Source: an archaeon (GTDB lineage Archaea > Iainarchaeota > Iainarchaeia > Iainarchaeales > 1-14-0-10-31-34). Taken from it: a stretch of 32,000 nt of DNA. The stretch is from assembly GCA_024277355.1 (NCBI GenBank), contig JAJRVL010000004.1, positions 90,001 through 122,000 of the forward strand, read 5' to 3'. The position numbers and the translations under genes were made by a program. How positions within the stretch are numbered: position 1 is the stretch's first letter; each line of letters opens with the position of its first letter. The notes under the pieces are model-generated. The model had not been told where the DNA came from. It saw only the letters and a program-made list of their open reading frames with translations, and ran no database searches. Positions 15,077-21,866 of the stretch are shown here, piece by piece.

Positions 15077-17158
15077 ATGGCTTTTACAACAGATGAATTA
15101 ATTCAGATTGGATTAATTGTAGGAATAATAATTGTTTTTGGTTACACTATATTCAATTACTTAAAGAACAAAGGATTATTAGAAAAATTAACCCAAAAAA
15201 CAGAAAAAAGAACTGAAAGACCTGCAGCTAAATCATTATCTTTTGCAAAAAACAGAAAAATGAGAGGATTAGAAAAATTAATTCCAGACAAAAAATTAAG
15301 TAAAAAACCAATTTTAACTGAATTAAGAATTGAAAGCACTGAAGGATTGTGGGAACCAGAAAAAGAACCTTTAATAGAAAACAAATCTGAACAAAAAACA
15401 GAAATAAAACAAAAAGAAATTCCCTTTAAACCTGAAATAAAATCAAAAGAAGAAATTAAATTATCTGAATTAAAGCCTGAATCAAAATCTTCAGCAAAAG
15501 GAATATTATCTGACATTATATTAAAAATTAAAACAGAAAAACAGGAAATTTTAAAACCAAAAATTGAGCCAGCAAAACCAAAAGAAGAAACAAAAAAGTT
15601 TGAATTCAAAAAAGAAAAACCAAAAGATAAACTTGAAATTAAAAAACCAGAAATAAAACCAATTGAAAAAAAATTAAAAACGGAAACAAAAGAAAAAGGA
15701 TTTTTTGAAAAATTAGGGTTTAATTTAAAACTTAAAGCTAAACAAAAAACAATAGAAAAGAAAAAAGAAAACAAATTTGAAGAAAAATTAAAACAGTCAA
15801 TTCAGAAAAAACCTGAAATAAAAGAAAAATCAAAAACAGAAGGAAAAAAAACAGAATTAAAAGAAACAGAAAAAAAAGATTCAGTTAAGTCTTTAATTAA
15901 ACCTGCAGACGCTTTTGCTTTACCTGAAGAAAAAAATAAAACTAATGAATTAACTGTAGCAAGAAAATTAGAAGAAAAAATAAAAGGATATCAAGAAAAA
16001 GCCAGAAAAAGCCAGAAAAAACCAAAAACAAATGTTTTATTTGACAATCAAGAAGAAAAAGAAAAACATGAACAAAAATTCGTTCAAAAAATCCTTGAAT
16101 CAGAAGAAGAAGAGGAATTAGAAAAAATAAGCAAGGCAATAGACCCAAAAACAGACAAAAACTGGCAGAAAGAAAAAGAAGAAACAATTAAAGCGCTAAA
16201 AAAAGAATTCACTGATTTAGATAAAACAGAAAAAAAAGATTTATGGAAAAAACCTGAAGAAAAACAGGAAATTCATAAAAAAGAAGAAGAACAAAAAAAT
16301 AAATTAATTCCTAAAGCATTTCCTGAAAAACCAAAAACAATAATTCCTGAGATAAAAAAAGAAATTAAAACAATTAAACCAAAAAAAAGCTTTTTTGATT
16401 TTTTTAAAAGGAAAAAAACAGCAGGAAAAAAACATGAAATAAAACAAAAAGAAATTACAATTAAAAAATCTGAACCAGAAATAAAAAAAGAAATAATTAC
16501 TAAACCAACTGAAACAAAAAAAGAAAAAACAGAAATAAAAAACAAAAAACCAGTTGAATTAAATAAAAAAATTAAACCAGAAAAAAAAGAAAAAGAATTA
16601 ATTAAACCTGTTAAAGAAATTAAACCTGAAATAAAAAAAACAAGCACTTCAACAGAAGAATTAAATGCAGAAATGAGAAAACTAATTGAAGAACAACAAA
16701 AAGCCAAAGGAATAAAACCAAGAAAATTTAAATCAAGAAAAGAAACTGAAATTAAAGCTAAAGATATTGAAATCAAAAAAGAAGTTCCAATAAAAATTAA
16801 ACCAAAACAAGAAGAACATTCATTGAAACCTGAAATAAACGAAAAAATAAAACCACATTTCGAGAAAAAACAAGTTATCAAAACAGAAATAAAAAAACCT
16901 GAATTTAAACCTGAAATAAAAACAGAAAAAAAAGAAGAAACTAAACCAAAACAAAAAAAGAAAGGTTTGTTTGAAAGATTTGGATTAAAAAAAGAAAAAA
17001 TTAATTTAACTAAAGCAGAAGAAGATCAACTGCAAAAAATAATGATAGTTTTAAAAGGAAAAACGTCTGAATATTCAAGGGACGACATGAGAGATGCAAT
17101 GAAAAACTTAGGTTACACTGAAAAAATAATTGAAGAAGCAATAAAAAGGTTGTATTAA
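15077..17158 (+). CDS. N-terminally membrane-anchored protein with ~580-aa K/E/P-rich low-complexity spacer and a small globular C-terminal domain
   Basis: TM helix LIQIGLIVGIIIVFGYTIFNY. Recurrent KPEIK-type motif. Three amphipathic motifs: GFFEKLGF, SFFDFFKR, GLFERFGL. The C-terminal 50 aa (LTKAEEDQLQKIMIVLKG...MKNLGYTEKIIEEAIKRLY) are shared with the next gene. The stop overlaps the next gene's ATG. Confidence 0.65.
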   Translation: MAFTTDELIQIGLIVGIIIVFGYTIFNYLKNKGLLEKLTQKTEKRTERPAAKSLSFAKNRKMRGLEKLIPDKKLSKKPILTELRIESTEGLWEPEKEPLIENKSEQKTEIKQKEIPFKPEIKSKEEIKLSELKPESKSSAKGILSDIILKIKTEKQEILKPKIEPAKPKEETKKFEFKKEKPKDKLEIKKPEIKPIEKKLKTETKEKGFFEKLGFNLKLKAKQKTIEKKKENKFEEKLKQSIQKKPEIKEKSKTEGKKTELKETEKKDSVKSLIKPADAFALPEEKNKTNELTVARKLEEKIKGYQEKARKSQKKPKTNVLFDNQEEKEKHEQKFVQKILESEEEEELEKISKAIDPKTDKNWQKEKEETIKALKKEFTDLDKTEKKDLWKKPEEKQEIHKKEEEQKNKLIPKAFPEKPKTIIPEIKKEIKTIKPKKSFFDFFKRKKTAGKKHEIKQKEITIKKSEPEIKKEIITKPTETKKEKTEIKNKKPVELNKKIKPEKKEKELIKPVKEIKPEIKKTSTSTEELNAEMRKLIEEQQKAKGIKPRKFKSRKETEIKAKDIEIKKEVPIKIKPKQEEHSLKPEINEKIKPHFEKKQVIKTEIKKPEFKPEIKTEKKEETKPKQKKKGLFERFGLKKEKINLTKAEEDQLQKIMIVLKGKTSEYSRDDMRDAMKNLGYTEKIIEEAIKRLY
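15250..17000 (+). repeat. Coding low-complexity region (degenerate KPEIK / KKE repeats)
   Basis: Motif instances read directly: FKPEIKSKEE, KKPEIKPIEKK, KKPEIKEKSK, IIPEIKKEIK, SEPEIKKEII, IKPEIKKTST, LKPEINEKIK, KKPEFKPEIKTEKK. The DNA is A-rich on the sense strand, which generates long spurious antisense ORFs. Confidence 0.7.
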
Positions 17159-18312
17159 TGAATAAAATGAAAATTACTGCTGGATTAATTTTATTTTTAA
17201 TTGTATTAAGCGGCTGCATTGAATTAGCCAAAAACGGCGAAGAAACAATTTTATTAAATTACTCAAAAACTGGTTCAGTTTATTTTGAACACACAATTAA
17301 AGGAGAAAAAGGAGAATTATATTTTAACTGGGAAGGAGACTGCACAAATAAAGCAAAAGAAATTATTGACGCAAACATAAGTAATTTCCAAAAACAATCA
17401 TTAGACATACAAGGGGCAGCAAATTTAACTGAACCAGAAAAAACTGAATTAATTGAAGAAAACAACAGAAAAATCAATACTTTGCTTTCAATTAAATCAA
17501 CAGTTAAATGCAAAGTAGAAGATGACAATTCAATGGGTTTATTGGTTTATTCATTTAATTTAGCTCAAGGATTTGAAAACATTAAATTATTCAATGACAA
17601 TTACAGTATTTCTTTAGTTAAAGATGAACATAAAATTCAATCAACAATAAAAGTAAATAATACTGCAAACCAAAAAAACGGAAATTTACTTAAAAAAATA
17701 ATGATTTTTTCTGAAGGAAAAATTGAAAGTATTGAACCAAAAGACAAAATGACATTAAATGAAGGAATCTATGAAATTGACATGCTTGGAATGGACGGAA
17801 AAGAAATAACTTTAACAATAAATACACAAGAAAAAAATCCAGTTGTAATTATACCAGATAAACCAGATGCAATTTCAGTTTTAATTCAGGGATTTATGCC
17901 AAATAAAATAATTAGTTTAGAAAAAGAAGATTCAATTCAATGGATTCCAACAATTTTATTAGCTTTAATTATTGTAATTATTGTTTCAAAAGCAGTCAAA
18001 AACGTAAAACTTCCTGAAAAAACAAAACCAGTCCCAAAAAAAGAAGAATTAGAAGAAAAAATTCTTTCAAAAACCAAAAAAATTGTTACACCAAAAAAAG
18101 ATTTCAGTTATATGAAAGAAATAAAAAAATCTGAACCAAAAACACTTAAACCAAAATTCAACGAAGAAGAAAAAAAACAAATTAAAACAATAATACTGTC
18201 ATTAAAAGAATCATTCCATAACTATTCAAAAGAAGAAATAAAAAAAGCAGTAATAGGAAAAGGTTATTCATCAAAAATAAGTCAAGAAGTAGCTGATTTT
18301 TTCTACCCTTAA
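17158..18312 (+). CDS. Lipoprotein-like surface protein with C-proximal TM helix and a cytoplasmic tail ending in the same ~50-aa domain as the upstream gene
   Basis: Signal plus lipobox-like LIVLSGC. ~250-aa ectodomain. TM helix WIPTILLALIIVIIVSKAV. Lys-rich tail. Terminal domain: FNEEEKKQIKTIILSLKE...VIGKGYSSKISQEVADFFYP. The ATG shares one nucleotide with the upstream TAA (17158). Confidence 0.7.
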   Translation: MNKMKITAGLILFLIVLSGCIELAKNGEETILLNYSKTGSVYFEHTIKGEKGELYFNWEGDCTNKAKEIIDANISNFQKQSLDIQGAANLTEPEKTELIEENNRKINTLLSIKSTVKCKVEDDNSMGLLVYSFNLAQGFENIKLFNDNYSISLVKDEHKIQSTIKVNNTANQKNGNLLKKIMIFSEGKIESIEPKDKMTLNEGIYEIDMLGMDGKEITLTINTQEKNPVVIIPDKPDAISVLIQGFMPNKIISLEKEDSIQWIPTILLALIIVIIVSKAVKNVKLPEKTKPVPKKEELEEKILSKTKKIVTPKKDFSYMKEIKKSEPKTLKPKFNEEEKKQIKTIILSLKESFHNYSKEEIKKAVIGKGYSSKISQEVADFFYP

Positions 18313-18380
18313 ACTGTTTCGGCAGTTTAGTACGATATGCTATCTTACGATAGCAGTGCAATAAACTTTTTTAAAAGTTT
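18311..18380 (+). terminator. Hairpin cluster plus T6 downstream of the 17158..18312 gene
   Basis: Three inverted repeats read directly. AAACTG-tttcgg-CAGTTT (18311-18328). TGCTATC-ttac-GATAGCA (18338-18355, 7-bp stem). AAACTTTT-tt-AAAAGTTT (18363-18380), which contains a T6 run at 18367-18372. Confidence 0.4.
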
Positions 18381-18384
18381 AATC

Positions 18385-18434
18385 AAAAATAAAAATATAA
18401 AAAGAATTAGTTGCCGGACTTTTTACAAGCCGGC
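18385..18434 (-). terminator. Putative metK terminator: GC hairpin overlapping the stop codon, followed by T-runs
   Basis: Minus-strand reading GCCGG-cttgtaaaaagt-CCGGC (plus-strand 18413-18434), followed by AACTAATTCTTTTTATATTTTTATTTTT. The GC-only stem is conspicuous in this AT-rich sequence. Confidence 0.4.
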
Positions 18435-19589
18435 TTCTTTTTTCAATAAATCTGTTTTATCAGTTTTTTCCCAGGTAAAATCAGGGTCATTTCTTCCAAA
18501 ATGGCCGTAAGCAGCAGTCTTTTTGTAAATAGGTCTTTTCAAATTTAACTGCTTTAAGATATCAGCTGGCTTTAAAGGAAAATGCTTTCTGACTAATTCA
18601 GCAATTTTGTCTTTAGAAATCTTTTCTGTTCCAAAACAATCCACATTAACTGAGACAGGTTCAGGAAAACCAATTGCATAAGCTAACTGAACTTCACATT
18701 TTGAAGCTAAACCTGCTGCAACAATATTTTTTGCAATATATCTTGCAGCATAAGCAGCACTTCTGTCAACCTTTGAAGGGTCTTTTCCTGAAAAAGCGCC
18801 TCCACCGTGTCTTCCAATGCCTCCATAAGTATCAACAATAATTTTTCTTCCAGTTAAACCTGCATCAGCATAAGGGCCGCCTCGAACAAAAGCACCAGTA
18901 GGATTAACATAAAACTTAGTATTTTCATCAATCCAATCCTTACAAACAGGCTTAATGATTTTTTCAATTACTTCAGATTTAATTGTATCATATTCAATTC
19001 CACCATTATGCTGAGTTGAAATCAAAATTGCATCAGCTCTTAAAGGTTTACCATTTTCATCATATTCAATAGTTACCTGGCTTTTGCCGTCAGGTCTTAA
19101 AAAATCAATTCCATTGCTTCTTCTTATTTCAGCTAATTTTTCGCATAATTTATGAGCCAAAACAATAGTTAAAGGCATTAATTCAGGTGTTTCATTACAG
19201 GCAAAACCATACATCATTCCCTGATCTCCCGCACCTTGTTCTTTAAATAATCCTTTTCCTTCAGTTACTCCTTGAGAAATATCAGGACTTTGTTCTGTAA
19301 TTTGAGTCCAAACTGAACAAGTTTCAAATTCAATACCATATTCAGCATCAGTGTAACCAATTTCTTTAATTGTATCTCTTACAACAGAAGGAATATCAAC
19401 ATAAGCTTTAGTGGTAATTTCACCAAAAACATTTACTCCTCCATTTTTTGTTGCTGTCTCGCAAGCAACTCTTGCTTCAGTATCTTGTGCAAAAATTGCA
19501 TCAAGAATTGCATCTGAAATTTTGTCACACATTTTATCAGGATGACCTTCAGTGACTGACTCTGAACTTAATAAAATTTTTTCTGCCAT
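18423..19589 (-). CDS. metK: S-adenosylmethionine synthetase (methionine adenosyltransferase), bacterial/eukaryotic type
   Basis: [34 protein letters not shown] and [23 protein letters not shown] are canonical MetK motifs. The real start is the ATG at 19589 ([10 protein letters not shown]...), preceded by a GAGGTG SD. The track's 19-codon upstream extension (MCCFLFIYF...) is spurious. Confidence 0.95.
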   Translation of the reverse strand: MAEKILLSSESVTEGHPDKMCDKISDAILDAIFAQDTEARVACETATKNGGVNVFGEITTKAYVDIPSVVRDTIKEIGYTDAEYGIEFETCSVWTQITEQSPDISQGVTEGKGLFKEQGAGDQGMMYGFACNETPELMPLTIVLAHKLCEKLAEIRRSNGIDFLRPDGKSQVTIEYDENGKPLRADAILISTQHNGGIEYDTIKSEVIEKIIKPVCKDWIDENTKFYVNPTGAFVRGGPYADAGLTGRKIIVDTYGGIGRHGGGAFSGKDPSKVDRSAAYAARYIAKNIVAAGLASKCEVQLAYAIGFPEPVSVNVDCFGTEKISKDKIAELVRKHFPLKPADILKQLNLKRPIYKKTAAYGHFGRNDPDFTWEKTDKTDLLKKEAGL

Positions 19590-19655
19590 AAAAATACACA
19601 CCTCATTAATAAAAAATCTAAAATAGATAAATAAAAAACAACACATAACTTTAAA

Positions 19656-19692
19656 AGAATAATTACAGAATAAAATATTCTTTAGAGAATAA
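19656..19692. promoter_or_regulatory. Candidate operator in the metK / HTH-CBS divergent promoter: three AGAATAA copies, one forming a palindrome
   Basis: AGAATAA occurs at 19656-19662, 19667-19673 and 19686-19692. The middle copy is part of the palindrome AGAATA-AAA-TATTCT (19667-19681). That palindrome sits ~30-40 nt upstream of the regulator's ATG, where a TATA box is expected. Confidence 0.35.
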
Positions 19693-19709
19693 TATTAGAG
19701 GCTTTGTTT

Positions 19710-20267
19710 ATGATTCCGGAGTTAAGCGAAATACGAATTAAAAGAAAAGAACTTCATTTGACACAAGAAGAACTTTCAGAAAAAAGCAGCGTACCGCAGT
19801 CAGTTATTGCAAAAATAGAAAACAATAAAGTAATTCCTTCATATGAAAACGCAAAAAGAATTTTTGATGCATTAAGCTTTGAACTGAAAAAAAAACAGAC
19901 AGTAAAAAGCATTATGAGAAAAACACTTGTTTCAGTTTTAGAAAAAGAAAAAGTTTCTGAAGCAATTAATTTAATGAATAAACATGGAATAAGCCAGCTG
20001 CCTGTAATGAAAAAAAACATTCCAATTGGAACAGTAACAGAAAAAAATTTAATTGAAAAAATTAATTCAGGAACAATAAATTCTTCAGATAAAGTAAAAG
20101 AAGTAATGGAAGGTTGTCTTCCAATACTTGAAAGCAATTCAGTAATTGAAGTTGTTTCTTCTTTATTAAAATATTATCCTGCAGCATTAATCAAAGAAAA
20201 AGACAAAATAGTAGGAATTGTTACAAGAACAAATATTATAAGAAAGGCAATTCCTTCAAAAAGCTGA
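19710..20267 (+). CDS. Transcriptional regulator: XRE-type HTH plus CBS-domain pair
   Basis: HTH: LTQEELSEKSSVPQSVIAKIENNKVIPSYENAKRIFDAL. CBS1: VKSIMRKTLVSV...LMNKHGISQLPVM. CBS2: VKEVMEGCLPILE...IVGIVTRTNIIRKAI. The track start at 19704 is TTG; the ATG is at 19710. Confidence 0.85.
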   Translation: MIPELSEIRIKRKELHLTQEELSEKSSVPQSVIAKIENNKVIPSYENAKRIFDALSFELKKKQTVKSIMRKTLVSVLEKEKVSEAINLMNKHGISQLPVMKKNIPIGTVTEKNLIEKINSGTINSSDKVKEVMEGCLPILESNSVIEVVSSLLKYYPAALIKEKDKIVGIVTRTNIIRKAIPSKS

Positions 20268-20295
20268 AACAAATTTAAGACAAATGACGAACAGA

Positions 20296-20322
20296 AAGTT
20301 ATTTATAACTTAATTAAGTTAT
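20296..20322. promoter_or_regulatory. Palindromic candidate operator/promoter upstream of the small-protein/aspartic-protease pair
   Basis: AAGTTAT-tt-ATAACTT (20296-20311) encloses a TTTATA box. A third direct AAGTTAT half-site lies at 20316-20322. An AGGAG SD lies ~9 nt before the ATG at 20349. Confidence 0.35.
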
Positions 20323-20348
20323 TAAATAGTTTATAGGAGACTTACTTT

Positions 20349-20561
20349 ATGAATACTAATCCAAATATGTCAAATTACAATAATTTTTATGCTAATGCTG
20401 ATTTATCAAAATACGCCGGAGAATGGGTTGCAATAATTAACAGTAAAGTTGTAGCTCATGGAAAAAACTTAAAAGACATTATGAAAAAAGCTAAGGAAAA
20501 AGATTCTACTATTACTCCATTTATTGCTAAAATCCCTTTAAAAGAAATCATGATTTGGTGA
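20349..20561 (+). CDS. Small (70 aa) protein, DUF5678-like by recollection
   Basis: The core YAGEWVAIINSKVVAHGKNLKDIMKKAKEK resembles small archaeal/cyanobacterial proteins of pattern (W/Y).GKWVAI.dgkVva.g.dl.e....A. There is a good SD. The stop overlaps the start of the next gene. The family name is from memory and unverified. Confidence 0.6.
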   Translation: MNTNPNMSNYNNFYANADLSKYAGEWVAIINSKVVAHGKNLKDIMKKAKEKDSTITPFIAKIPLKEIMIW

Positions 20562-20977
20562 TTTTTTTGTCTCTTTCTTTCAGATACAGGAAAGAAAAAT
20601 TCAAGAATAAAACAAGCTATTTTCCAAAAATTCCAGTATTACTTTATAACGAAGGAATTTCCATAGAAACTCCTGCATTACTTGATTCAGGGGCAACAGA
20701 TTTGTTTATTCCAAAAGAAATTGCAGAAGAATTTGAACTTAACTTAAGAAATCCAGATACTGCAGAAAGCTGGACTGGAAAATTTAAAGTCTGGGAATCA
20801 AGGATAGGAATAGTTGTAGGAAAAGGAAGCCAAACTTTTAGAAAAGTACTTCCCTGCATTGTTCCAGATAAAAAAGGAGAACACGATCAAGTTGTTCTTG
20901 GGAGAAGTTTCTTCAGATTTTTTGAAATTACCTTTAATGAAGACAAAAAAATAACAAAATTAAAAAGACTTGTCTGA
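20555..20977 (+). CDS. Retropepsin-like (clan AA) aspartic protease
   Basis: The active-site motif ALLDSGATDLFIP (D-S/T-G-A) and the C-terminal VVLGRSFFRFFEITFN (compare ILG.DfL..f.v.fd) are typical of single-lobe retropepsin-like proteases. There is no ATG, so the start must be TTG (20555) or GTG (20558), overlapping the upstream stop. Confidence 0.75.
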   Translation: MVIFLSLSFRYRKEKFKNKTSYFPKIPVLLYNEGISIETPALLDSGATDLFIPKEIAEEFELNLRNPDTAESWTGKFKVWESRIGIVVGKGSQTFRKVLPCIVPDKKGEHDQVVLGRSFFRFFEITFNEDKKITKLKRLV

Positions 20978-21080
20978 AAAAACTATTTAAGCTATTTTTC
21001 GCAGCACAGTTATATTTAAATATTTGTTTTAACTCTATAGTAATAACAAATATACATAAGTTTGTGTGTTTTGTGGTTTA

Positions 21081-21866
21081 ATGAAATTAAAATATTTAAT
21101 TCTTCCTTTGCTTTTGGTTTTTGCATTAAATGCAAATGCTTTTACTTCTGATTTACCTAATTTTATTAATTTTTATGAAGAACCTGAAACAATAAGTTTT
21201 TTTGTTGAAAATGATTCAGGAAGCATTCAGCCATTAAATATCAGTGTTTTTTCTCCTTTAGCTTATGAAATACAGGGAAAAAAGAATTTTATTGAATCAG
21301 GAGAAAAAATTCAGATTGACTTAGTTTTTTTTCCTAAAGAAGAATTAATTAATTCAGTTTATGAGTCAAGTGTTTTAATTGAATTAGGAAATGAAAAAAC
21401 AAAAAATAATTTTTCAATGTATTTTTTGAAAAGAAATTTTTGTCCAATGGAATTTAATGCAGAACAAAAAGGAAATTTAATTGAAGTTAAAGTAAAAAAT
21501 AATTCTTTTTATGAAACTAAACTGGAAGTTTTAGGATTAAAAAATAAAGAAAACTGGAGTATAGAAAAAAAAGTTTTTTCTTTTGATTCAGATGAAGAAA
21601 AAATCATTTCGTTAAGTGTTTCAGGTTTTGGTTCAGAAGAAAATAATTCAGTTTTAATTAAATGCAATGAATTAGAAGAAGAATTTAATGTAAAATTAGA
21701 AAGCAGGAATTCAAATGTTATTTCAGCAACAGGCAATGTTCTTGTCACTGAATTTGGAGAATTAACTGAACCAATTAATGTTGTTTTAATTGTAATTGCT
21801 TCAGTTTTATTGATTTTATTTATTTCAAGATTAGTTAAAAGATTAAACAAGGAGGAAATTAAATGA
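21081..21866 (+). CDS. Type I surface protein: signal peptide, two NEW3/CARDB-like beta-sandwich modules, C-terminal TM anchor
   Basis: The ATG at 21081 gives MKLKYLILPLLLVFALNANA (the track's GTG at 21066 adds 5 codons). Modules: ISFFVENDSGS...ESGEKIQIDLVFFP and IEVKVKNNSFY...DEEKIISLSVS. TM helix VVLIVIASVLLILFI with a short basic tail. ATGA overlap with the next gene. Confidence 0.7.
   Translation: MKLKYLILPLLLVFALNANAFTSDLPNFINFYEEPETISFFVENDSGSIQPLNISVFSPLAYEIQGKKNFIESGEKIQIDLVFFPKEELINSVYESSVLIELGNEKTKNNFSMYFLKRNFCPMEFNAEQKGNLIEVKVKNNSFYETKLEVLGLKNKENWSIEKKVFSFDSDEEKIISLSVSGFGSEENNSVLIKCNELEEEFNVKLESRNSNVISATGNVLVTEFGELTEPINVVLIVIASVLLILFISRLVKRLNKEEIK

Noticed and set aside
15157-16881. 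Long minus-strand ORFs in the track (15157..15774, 15942..16187, 16273..16881, 17010..17231) opposite the K/E-rich gene
   Set aside because: Their translations are F/L/S/I-only strings (for example FSFFFSIVFCLALSF...). They arise because the antisense of an A-rich lysine/glutamate-coding region is T-rich and stop-poor. They have no start context, no motifs, and lie fully inside a better sense-strand gene.
15077-17158. K/E-rich protein with G(F/L)FE(K/R)(L/F)G motifs as an FtsY-like SRP receptor (A-domain resemblance)
   Set aside because: There is no NG GTPase domain and none of the G1-G5 motifs. The C-terminus is a 50-aa helical domain instead. Only the amphipathic-motif analogy is kept.
19590-19646. 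19-codon N-terminal extension of metK in the track ([19 protein letters not shown])
   Set aside because: MetK family proteins begin close to the GHPDK motif. The ATG at 19589 is preceded by a GAGGTG Shine-Dalgarno inside the supposed extension, and the extension is hydrophobic nonsense overlapping the promoter region.
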